A stretch of DNA of 64,000 nucleotides from Mobula hypostoma. Lineage: Eukaryota. Made by a program: the position numbers and the translations under genes. This document shows positions 27,401-39,400 of the stretch, piece by piece (position 1 is the stretch's first letter; each line of letters opens with the position of its first letter). Under the pieces are notes generated by a model, which did no database searches, was not told the DNA's origin, and saw only the letters and a program-made list of their open reading frames with translations. The stretch is taken from positions 14,076,001 to 14,140,000 of the forward strand of contig NC_086109.1 in NCBI RefSeq assembly GCF_963921235.1, in the 5' to 3' direction.

Positions 27401-30400
27401 TCAAGGTAAATTTTATTATGAGAGTATATGTATATATGTCACCACATACAACCCTGAGACTCATTTTCCTGTGGGCATACTCAGCAAATCTATAGAATAG
27501 TAACTGTAAACAGGATCAATGAAAGATCAGCCAGAGTGCAGGAAACAACAAACTGAGCGAATGCAAATATAAATAAATGGCAATAAATAACGAGATCATG
27601 AGATAACAAGATAATGTGTCCTTAAAGTGAGATCATTGGATGTGGGAACTCCAAGTGAGTGTGCTTATCGTTTTTTGGTCAAAAGCCTAACAATTGAGTG
27701 GTAGTAACTGTTCTTGAACCTCGTGGTGCAAGTTCTGAGATTCTTGTACCTTCTACCTGATGGCAGCAGCAAGAAAAGAGCCTGGCCTGGGTGTTGAGGA
27801 TCTCTGATGATGGATGCTGCTTTGTAACAACAGCGTTTCATGTAGACGTCCTCAATGGCTGGGAGGGCTTTACCCGTGATGTACTGGGCACACAGCACAG
27901 TTTCCATGTTCCCATTTTCCAGTACTTGCTTTGTAGACTTGTTGGTTTTGACAATTCATGCGCTCATTCAGATGGTGTTTTTACACGAGGGGTGATATGT
28001 TTGTAGAATGAGCTGCCACAAGAAGTAGTTGAGGCAAATACAATAACAACTTTTAAAAGACAGTTGGACACGTTAATTGGAAGGAAACTGGACCAATAAG
28101 TGTATGGGATGATTCAGAGACATAGATGGAGTTGATAGCAAAATGCTGTTTCCAAGGGTGGAAATGGCTAATCCCGGGGGAGGCATATTTTTAAAGTGAC
28201 TGGAGGAAAGAGTTGGGGCGGGGCGGTGTCAGAGGCAAGTTCTTTACAGAGAACAGTGAGTGTATGGAAGACCTGGCCAGGGTGTTGGCAGTAGAGGCAG
28301 ATACATTAGGGGCATTTAAGAAACTCTTATGAATGATAGAAAAATGGAGGATTTTGTAGGAGGGAAGGGTTAAATTGATCTCAGAGCAGGTTAACAGATA
28401 GACGCAACATTGTGGGCCAAAGGGCTTGTACTATGCTGTAGTGCTTTATATTTTAAGTGCTAACAAGCCAGACTTAACTGGATGGACAGTTTGGTCAGCA
28501 TGGGATAGATGGGCTGAAGAGTCTGTGTGTGGCTCTCATCCAATGTTGTGAACGCATCTGCCTCCACCACCTTTTCAAGCGCCACATTTCAGAATGAAGA
28601 ATATTTTCCTCAAGACCCCTGTAACTCTCCTGCTTCTCACCTTAAACCTGTGCCCTCTAGACACACCTGCCACGGGGAAAGGTTTCCTACAATCTACTTT
28701 CTGTATGCCTCGCATAGTCTTATACACCTCAGTCGAGTCCGCCCGAGAGCATCTCTGCTGCAAGAGAAACAAACCTAAGCTGTCCAGTCTCTGCTCATAC
28801 CTGCAACATTTCATTTTGGGATTCATCCTGGTAAATCTCCTCCATCCTCTGTTACTTAGAACATGCAGAAGAGTGCTTCCACCATTTTCGGTTTTCTTGC
28901 ACAGTAGGTCGTACTGGCGCAGTTCAATGGGCAGTTTTGTTTGACAAACACTCTTGTAGATTATTGTTCCTGGTGTGGGAACAAACTCCGCACTATACTG
29001 GAGGCTGGCCACTTCCTTGCCTTTACTTCCGTGTGAAAATAAACGCTTTGCATTCTCCATGGCATTTTTCAATGCTTACCTTTCCCCGTCCAGAGTGCGT
29101 GGTCCTTGTCATACTCATGGCCATACAGTAACAGGCCCTTCAGCCCACTGAGTCTATGCTGAACATTAAGCATCATCTCACACTAATTCCAATTTTCTCC
29201 CATTACCATATCCCATCTCATCCATGCTAGGGGCAATTTTCAGTGGGTAGTGAAATCACTGACCCATATGTCACTGAGTCATAAAGAGATACAACATGGA
29301 ACCAGGCCCTTCCCCCAAGCACTGGTCAGTAACTGATGCTGAACATCAACTACTCATTTCACACCAATCCTACATTTATCATGAATTTAAGGTGGGTGGT
29401 AACATTTGGTAGAATTTTCCCAAGTTCTACCATCCACCTGCACTCTAGAGTAAATTAACCTATCACTCCATGTGTCTTCAAGACATGGGGAGGTACCTGA
29501 ACATTTAAGGGAACCCGCAATATCACAGGGAGAATGTGCAAACTCCACACAAACTTTGTCTGAGGCTGGGATTGAACCGGACTAAAGAAATCCCTCCTTT
29601 TCTCTGTTCTAAAGGAGCGTCTTTCTATTCTGAGGTTATGCTTTCTTGTCCTAGACTCTTCCACTCCTGGAAATACTGTCTGCCTGTCCACTCTATCTAG
29701 TCTTTTCAATATCTGTTGGTTTCAGTTAGTTCCCCCCTCTTTCTTCTAAACTCCAGCAAGTACACGCTCAGAGCCATCAAATGCTCCTCGTATGTTAACC
29801 CTTTCATTCCAGCGATCATTCTTGAAAACCTGCTCTGGATCCGCTCCAATGCCAGCTCAGTCTTTCTTAGATGTGAGGCTCAATACTCTCACAACACTCC
29901 AAATGTTAACCCTTAACATTCTATCCTTGCTTTTATATTCTAATCTTCTCAAAACTAATGTTAACATTGCATTTACCTTCCTTACTACTGACTCAACCTG
30001 CAAGTTAACCTTCAGAGGATCATGCACTAGGACTCCCAAGTCCTTTGCACCTCTGATTCCTGGCTTCTCTCCCCATATGGAAAATAGCCTATGCCTTTAT
30101 TCCTTCTACCAAAGTGCACAATCATACACTTCCCTCTACCACTTCTTTGCCCATTCTCTTAATCTATCTCCCTACTTCCTCAACGCTACCTGCCCCTCCA
30201 CCTATCTTTAGTTAAGTTAAAGTCTGTCCCGAGCCTTATATGCTCATCAGGCCGGTGCTTACGCCGGTTTCCGTGGCGTGAAGAGACTGAGAGAACGAGA
30301 CTCCCCCCCTGGATAGGACGCCAGTCTAACGCGAGATTAACCCCCAGCATTTTGCCGGTACCCATTTTCAGCTGGGTGGACTGGAGCAGTGTGTGGTTAA

Positions 30401-33400
30401 GTGCCTTGCTCAAGGACACAACACACTGCTTCGGCTGGGGCTCAAACTCACGACCTTCAGATTGGTAGTCCAACGCCTTAACCACTTGGCCATGCGCCAC
30501 ATCCACCTATCTTTGTATCATCCATAAACTTGGCCAGAAAGCCATCAATTCCATCATCAAAATCATTGTCATATAACATGAAATCAAGCAGTTCCAACAT
30601 CAACCACTGCAGAATGCCACTAGTCAACGGCAGCAAATCCTTTACTCCCACTCTTGGCTCCCGCCTATCTTCAATCCATACTAGTGTCTTTCCTGTATCA
30701 CAGGCCCTTATCTTGTTTGGTAGCTCCATGAGCAGCAGCTTGTCAAAGATCTTCTGAAAATCCAAGAAAACAATATCTACTTACTCTTCTTTGTCTATCC
30801 TGCCTAACCCGTGACAGTGAGGGCTTGTGACTGTGGAACCTGATCTCATTAGTTTAGAACCATAGCTGAGCAAGGGAGGAGAAGGTTTCCTCTTGTTGAT
30901 ATAATCACAAATCACTTCTTGTGCTCTGGGTGACCAGAATGCTTGGTAAGTTACCAAGGGCAGAGTATTGTGTCTTCAAACACCTGCGTTGGGTTTAAGT
31001 AGGTGCAGAATCCAGCACCCACGCTCTGAGCAGAAGTGCGATACTTGCTGTGTGTTTCACTGTGACTGAAAGGCTTCTGCATTGGGTGGGGGACTTCACA
31101 GGTCTCTTTGTTTGGTAGGATACTAACATTCCTTTTCAACTGCCTTTCTTTAATAGAAATGATAAGTAAAGAAGTTTTCTGGAGGATTCACTGGGGTCAG
31201 TAACTGTTCATTTTTACATTTTAAGCTTGTATGTCAAGCCAGAAGACTGTTTGGCAGCTTTTTTTGTGATGTGCTAAGAGCTTCCCCCAGACATTAAGTT
31301 GGGGCTGTCGTCTCATGTCCCACACATGCAGAGTAGTCTCCACAGCCAACTGACCTTCCCAGTTGGTGGAGGTAGGGGACAAAAAATGTCAGAAGGAACG
31401 AGTTTACAAAAGGCAAACAGCTGAAAGGTGATGCTGGAGGAAGTTGAGTCAGGAAATAGGCTGACAGTGGTGTCCATTTGAATGGAAAATTAGGAAGAAA
31501 TGTAAACGCAGTGATCCCACAATTTTTTCCCAGTTACACTCCTCTCTCTCCAAATTTGAGTCTGTAAGTCCTTGACTTTTCTCTCTGGCTTTTATAAGTA
31601 CTGTACAGGAGAGTTCTAGCAAAGCAAAGATGAGAAGTAATCATGGAGAGCCGATGAGATATACTTAATGTAGATTCTCCCTTGCTGTTTGAGCAGGTCC
31701 ATTAAACCCCTAAAGATAGATGATTATGTGAAGAGAATTGATACTTTGAGTTGTCCAACCATGGTCTAAAATCTGTTAAGAAATATGCCAAAGTGCCATA
31801 AGATGTGAGGGAATGTAATAAATGCAGGGTCCCAACATTGCTCAGTTTCATCCGCATTAAGTTAATGAGCAACTAGCTGCAAATGTGGCAGCTAGAAGGC
31901 ACTGGGAGTGAGGGGTGCACAGTATCCACTTCCCAGTAGGATCTACCCCTTTCCTGCATGTCATTCTATCCTGGTTATCCCAGTGAGCAGGTGCGAGACA
32001 GCACTAGTTCCAACACATGGAAAGCTAAGTTCTCATTTCCAGTACAAGATGACCTCACGTGTTCGTGTGGCGTGTGCACCTATGGCTCATTGTGTGCAAA
32101 GCAGTTGTTCGTCTCTTATCCATGCACATCTGTCTGTCTGACCGTCTGTCGTGTCTGTGTCTGTCCCTGTCCCTGGGCAACTGCCTGTCTCCGACTGTCC
32201 TGAGTGTCAGTCTGACCGTCTGCAGTGTCTGTCCCTGTCCCTGTGCAACTGTCTGTCTCCAACTGTCCTGAGTGTCTGTCTCTGCCCCCGTGCAACTGTC
32301 TCTGTCTGACCATCTTAAACGTCTGTCTTTCTCTTTCTGTCTGTGCTACACTTGCGTCTGTGCAGCTACTCTCTGTCTATGTCTGCTGCGGCTCATCTCC
32401 TTTGGCAATATCCAGAGGCAAGACAAAGGCGACCATCGACCTGCTCTGACAGCTCATTCATTACCATCCAGTTCTGTCGGAGAAGACAATGAGATGGTCT
32501 AGAATGAATCTGAGGGCCATGTCGGACAGTTAGCTGTCATTTCACTCTTGTTCTGTGGATCCAGTTAACGCCTCTGCCTTGACTTCCTTTCTCCTTTTGG
32601 ACATTTCCCCATGTTCTAGGACACCTGAGACAATTCGCTAAGAATTTGGACCTCTGACTCTTGGACACAGGACAAGACAAAGTTAGATTTCTGATTGGCA
32701 TTTTTCTAAGTCTGACGTCATCACCAATCAGCCCTGTCTGTGTCACACTCATTTCCTCATTGTCCCCGTAGTCACTGAACCTGCATTTCCTTCCTGTTCT
32801 TCTTCCTTAGTTGGGCAGCAGCCAAGAGCACACACAACTCACCTCTCCCTCTCCAACCCTCACTAAAGTAGTCACACTCCCTCCCATTGTTCTCGGACCT
32901 CGAGGGCGGATCTGCTTAAAACCCCTCCTTCTGACGACAATTCACAGTCACACTTCCTGATCTATCTTGTCTACTTTTCCTGAGTTAACACCCTGTATTA
33001 TCAGGCAAAGGAACCTTACCTCGAGAGTTTTTGAATTAAAACAGAATATATCTTAAACTTAGTGACAAACTCTTCCTTGACAACAGCCCACTCCCAATTC
33101 TAAATCAGAATCAGGTCCCATATCACTGGCGTATGTCGTCAAATTTGTTGTTTTGTGGCAGCAGTATATTTGTGTACTATGTGTATGTATGTGTGTGTGA
33201 ATATATATGTATGTAATTAAATTAAATAACCGGTGCAAATAGAGAGCAAAATTAGTGAGGTAGTGTTCATGGGCTGGTTCATTGTCCATTCTGAAATCTG
33301 ATGGCAGAGGGGAAGAAATTGTTCCTCAATCTTTGAGTGTGCGTCTTCAGGCTCCTGTACCTCCTCCCTGATGGTAGCAATAAGATGAGGGCACGTCCTG

Positions 33401-36400
33401 GGTGATGGGGGGTCCTTAATGATGGATGCTGTCTTTTTGAAGCATCATCTTTTGAAGATGTCCTCGATGCTGGGGAGGTTGGTGTGCACGATGGAGCTGG
33501 CTGAGTTTAGAACCCTCTGCAGCTTTTTACGATCCTCTGCAGTGGCCCTTCCATATCTTTCCTAGAAGGATTCGAGAGGTGCTGCTCTGGAATTTTGCTC
33601 CCAAGTCGAGTGCCTTCCAGGTTTGCATATAGCATACCAATTTTTCAGCATCATTAAGCCCTAATAGGGAGCTCCATTACATCACAGAATTAATGAAAGT
33701 GGAGCAATCACCACACTGCCATCTTATAAGTCATGAGGGATGGGCAATAAATGCTGGCCCCTCTGCCAGTGTCCAGCAGTAGATATATAAAGGCAGGAGT
33801 ACAAAGAAAGATGCTTACATATAGCCAATATGTAAAGAGCATACATTGGTTATCTGTATATTCTTTTCATTATATTTCTGCCTTTATATATGTATTTGCC
33901 TTCTGATGGATGACAACTTGATGTGTTAGTTTTTTTTTCAACTAATTAATCACACATATTCACCAAGAGTTCAAAATTTCTAATTATGTGGTCAGGGATG
34001 CTGGGGAAAATTAGAGGGGGAAGGGAACAGGGTGTTAAATGAGGATAGAAGGGAGGGTGGAGGGGAGATTAAGAGCCAGCTCGAAGGGCCGAGTGGCCTG
34101 TTGCTCCACCATGCTTCTGACAGAATTCCCTCTCTGATTTTTGTGCGTGGCCTCCCTGAGCCCTTCCCAATCGTTCCAATGTGTGCCTTTCCCAAGTGTT
34201 GCCTTTAATACGAGGGGCCCATTCCTCAGGAGAAAGAGGCTGTCTGTATAACGGAACAGCAGGCAGGTCTCTCCGCCCTCACTCCTTCCAAGCGCTGGAT
34301 TGGATGACAGCTGACATGTGACCTGCATCCAAGTAACCACCTCTTCTCCTTATCCCCCAGTATCTCCTCTGGTGCAAAGTCAAAAATTCTTAAATTAATC
34401 TGACAGCGATTGGTGTTCACAAACCAGGTTTCCAAAGTTCAACCACCCCACTGTTGGTGGGAATATTTCCTGAGCTCATTCTCTGGCTTTGGATTGCTTG
34501 AATGAAGCCTAGTGTCCCAGCAGCAATGGAAATAGTTTCTGTCTCCCACCTGATGTCCTGGTCCAAGGCAAGGAGCAGGGGAAAGGCAGCAGTTGAGCAT
34601 TGCTGTCCAGTTATAGGGGTTTTGTGGTCAGGGTTCTGTCTGAAGATGACCTTCCATCTCGCTGCCAGGCACTTTTGCCTCGGTGCCCCGTGGGCTGGTT
34701 CTGCCGAGCTTTGCTTATGTCTCTGGAAGTTGGGAAGGTGGCTGCGAGTTTATATTCCAGTTTCATTTTTGTGCCCTCCAGGTTATCCGGTGGAGCAGGA
34801 TACAGTCGGGAAGGCCACACAGAGTCCAAAGCAGATCTTTCTTGGGAAGAGTCGGGCAATGGAAAGCCCTGGTGCAAACAATGGCAGGAAGGAAAAGGTC
34901 AGTGCGGACCAGAGGAAAACGAATTTGACCTGCCTGTCCCCCTCCTTGAAGATCTTCGCTGCCATTAACTCTCAAACTGCTCATCACCTAGCCCTGACAG
35001 TGTAGTGGGCACTTCACCAATTTTGGCCTCTTACGCTGTCCACAGCCACTTGGATCTCCACAGCAATTCAAAGATTAGCCTTTATTTGTCACATGGACAT
35101 TGAAACGTACGGTGCAATGTTCGCTTCAAAGACCAACACAGTCCGGTGGCAGCTCACAAGTGTCACCCTGCTTCTGGCATCAATATAGCATGCCCAAAAC
35201 TCACTACTGACCCTAACCCACGTATCTTTGGAACGTGGGAGGAAACTGAAGTACCTGGAGGAACCCCAAGTGCCCAAGTGGTCATGGGCAGGCATACAAA
35301 CTCCTTACAGACAGAAGACATCAGCAGGAATTGAACCCGTGCCCCCAGTGCTGTAATAGTGTTACGCCAAGCCCTTCATGGGCATACCAGATATCTGAAC
35401 TAAAAGCCAAAAATACTGGAGATACTTTGGCAGGTCAGGCAGCAGCTGTTGGAGGGCAGAGCAGTGTTAACATTTCAGGTTAATGACCGACCAAGAAAAC
35501 CTGTCTCAATCAATCTGTTAACAACAGGAATTCTGCAGATGCTGGAAATTCAAGCAACACACATAAAAGTTGCTGGTGAACGCAGCAGGCCAGGCAGCAT
35601 CTCCAGGAAGAGGTGCTGCCTGGCCTGCTGCGTTCACCAGCAACTTTTATGTGTGTCAATCAATCTGTTGCCCGGGTCAGTTTTTGGTCAGTACTCTTGT
35701 GGTGGGATACTTGGAGACTGGAGATCTCCAGTGCTTGTAGGGCTGGGAGAGAATTTGTGGATGCGAATCTCCAAGAGAAGTTGGAGGAGGAAAGGTCGGG
35801 GGATATTCAAATTTAATTTCCTACCTTGAGATCTGTTTTCTTGCAAGCATTTACGGGGAAAAAATGCAATGCAATTTTATGAAAAAATGTATATGAACAT
35901 ACAAAAAAAGAAGACAAACTGTAACTAATGATAATACTGACAACATAATATTTCACATAACCCATATTTCTTTACAATATATTGGGAGACCTTTCAGCTC
36001 ATAAATCTATGTTGGCTCTCTGAACATTCCCAGTCCCTCACTTACTTCCCTATAAAACATTCTGTCATCCGCTAACACCTCTACAGCCCAGAGGAAAACG
36101 AGTTTGACCTGCCTGTCCCCTCATTGAAAATCTTCACTGCCATTAACTCTCAAACTTCTCACCTCCTAGCCCTTTGCCGGAAAGTGGGTAGCTCACCAAT
36201 TTTTGTCAGTTTCATCAGTCTGCACGACACTGATTCTTCCATTGGCACCTGCTCAGCAGATCTGCCAACCCACAAGCTTCTAGGGACTGGGAGGAAACGA
36301 GAAAGCCCGGAATAAAACTTGAAAAGTCACAGAGAGAATGTGCATATCGTGACGGTACCTGCCTCTACCTTCTCCTCTGGCAGCTTGTTCCATGTACCCA

Positions 36401-39400
36401 CCCGCCCTGTGTATGAAACCTTCTCCCTATAGGTCTCCTTTATATCATTCACTCTTCATCTTCAACCTTTGTATGTGCTGCATAATTTAATAAAGCTCAA
36501 TAAGGTCAGCCCTCTGCTTCTTAATGTGATAAAAGCATCTCCTGGAACTCTTAGAAGCATTGTTGAAGAAAAAAGCAACCCCAGGCCACAGCAACTTAAT
36601 AAGGTGATCAAGGAGATGTCCAGAAAAGAAGCCGTACATATATTTTATGTTGCCAAGGGAGAGTTAGCTCTGTTAGTTACACTCCCTGCTCTTGTAGATG
36701 TTCTAGGTCACCAGAGAAGAGGTGACAGGTTGAAAGAGGCAATTTCAGAGGCTGGGGTCCAGGCCGATGCCTGCTAGTGGTCAAGCGCTTATGGATTAGA
36801 CACTGAGAAGAACTTGGGAATGGGAAGGAGCAAGACGAGGAAGTGTTTCAAAACAAGGATAAGAATGTAGAACATAGTACAGTACAGGTCCTTTGGCCCA
36901 CAATGTTGTGTTGATCTTTTAACCTACTGTCAGATCAATCTGATCACAAACCAGAGAAAGCCTGTAGATGCTGGAAATCCAAGCAACACACACGCAAAAT
37001 GCTGGAGCAACTCGGCAGGCCAGGCAGCACCTATGGAAAAAAGTATAGTCGATGCTTCGGGCCGAGACCCTTTGGCAGGAATGAAGAAAAAAAAGCTGAG
37101 AAGTGGATAGTTTTAAAAGTTGGGGGTGGGGGGAGGGCCACCTTTTCACCTCCCCCCACCTTTTAAATCTCTCTAAAGCTTCTACATCCTTCCAATAATG
37201 AGGCAACCAGAAAGGAAGACTGGTGTGGTTTAACCAGAGCTTTATGAAGCTGCCACACTACTGTGCAGCTGTTGAACTTATTCCCCATAGTAAATACCCC
37301 AAACAATTAAAAATTGAGGCACAGCTGGGAGGGGGGAGGTTGCCAGTGTAAGCTGGGGAGGTGCGGAGGTCATGGATTGGCAGGACTTGCTGACGGCAGA
37401 GTTTGGGTGAGCATGAGGTTATGCTGGGTGGCAGGTAGTCAGGTGGAGTACTGAAATATTTGCCTCTGTGGATGACAATGACATACACAAGCCTTCAGCC
37501 TCAAAGATCACACATTTGCCCATTCTCCCTGTGACCATCCCTCGGGCTGCCCTAGTTCTTTCACGCATCCCAAAGACGGGTGAGACAGTAGATTAATTGA
37601 CCACTGGAAGTTTCCCCTACTGTGTGGGCTAGTGGTAGACTCTGGGGGCAGTTAATGACAATGTGGGGGGAATAAATTGGGTGAGGGTAGGATTAATGTT
37701 GCCTTGTTGGCTTAAAGGCCTGAGTGCCTTCTGCCTCTCGGGGATACTATGCCTATGGGAATGAGGTAGGCGCACAAAGAGTTAGTGATAGTTGCCCACT
37801 GATGCGTGCAAGAGGTCCCAGCAACTGGAATCTGCTCCCTCCACTTCCTGCTCATCCCCATTCACCCGCAGACTTCAGTCTGTAACCCCCTCCCTCCCGC
37901 TCAGATTTATTATCTGTCTGACTCAATCCTTTCCTCTGCACCCCTATTGTTTCTCAACGTGCAACCAGTGACACATGACCAACTTACCAAGCACGGCGGC
38001 CCCTTCTGGCAAGGAGGAGAACTGCTAGCAGCCACGTACATTCAACTGTAGTATGCAAGATTAGCTTCATTGTCACATGTACATTGAGACATATGGTGGA
38101 ATGAGTCTTTTGTGTCATCCACCAACACAGTCCAAGGGTGTGCTGGGGCCGCCCGCAAAAATCTCCACACTTTTGGCACCGACATAGTGTGCCCACATCT
38201 TACTCGTACATATTTGGAATGTGGGAAGAAACCGGAGCACCTGGAGGAAACTCACAAAATCATGGGAGAGCCTAAAGACTCCTTGCAGAAAGACAGCGGG
38301 AATTGAACCTGGGTCACTAAAGCATTACACTAATCACTACGCTACGGTGCCATGCAAGTTGGATGCGTTGCCACCACTCTCCTCGAGTGCTTTTATGTAG
38401 TGGATTTTGGTTAATTGGGACACACTGGGACAAGTGCCTTTTGGCCCAATTAAGTGACTGTCCCAGTTAACCGAAGTTTCATGGAAATAGATAAAAAAGT
38501 GTAAAAATACACAAATTACTGCTAAATGAGTAAGAAATTATGTATTTAAATGAAATACAAACCAAATGAGAACACTATCAATATGACTACAGTGCTATAA
38601 AACTCTGTATTAGTTCCTAATAGTTATTGACAAGAATTCATCCAGAGTATACAGACCTGTTCTTTTGATTATTACCTAGTGCAGATATGGTTTGCCTTCA
38701 TGCAGTGCTATTGACGATTATATCCTCCAAATTTTCATATTCAACATGATTCTCAATAGCTTCAATTTCTTCATAGTTAACTTGACCTCACTTCTGGGAA
38801 TTTCTGGCATCTCCAAGACTGAATGCTTGAAACCACAGTGAGCAAAACAGTTCTGAATTGTCTTACTGCTTATCTCTTGCCAGCTATCAGTGAGAAAAAT
38901 TACTGCTCGTTGAACACAGTCACATGTGACTGACGTTATTTAAAAAGTGTTCGCTCTGAGCATGGTGTAGTGTCTAACAGCCAACAAAGTGACGCTAATT
39001 AGAAACTGTACAGCAACAGTCTCCTGCCCCAATTAAGTAACATAGTGTCCCAACTAAGCAAGAAGAATCTCAGCTATTTTATTGATTAGTCTTTGTTCTC
39101 CCAAAATAAGGAGCAGTCCTGATTAACTGATGGCCCAATTAAGTGGAATCATCTGTATATCCTACCCTACAGTGGCTCTGACAATTGCCTCTCTGCATCT
39201 TTGGATCTGCTTGCCCCAGCATCCAGACATTCCTTCCCCAGGGTACAGTACCTCTTCTTCTTTGACCCTGTCATGTAGCAGTAATAGAATAAAAACCTCA
39301 ACAGTCCTTCATTTAGTGTAAAAACTTCAGTAAATCACCGTAATGTAATAAAAATATAACAAAGACTATTTCTGAATTTAAGAGTTAATGCCAATGTTTT

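Noticed and set aside
30215..30260. CTGATGAG on the minus strand in the SINE tail as a hammerhead
   Set aside because: The downstream GAAA is absent (GGGA) and no stem I is evident; more likely a LINE-derived 3' stem-loop.
36698..36777. Exon-like [19 protein letters not shown] after a TTGTAG acceptor, faintly like SoxD KAIQEA
   Set aside because: Runs into a stop with no good donor giving phase 0; 34782-34897 fits phase and splice signals better.
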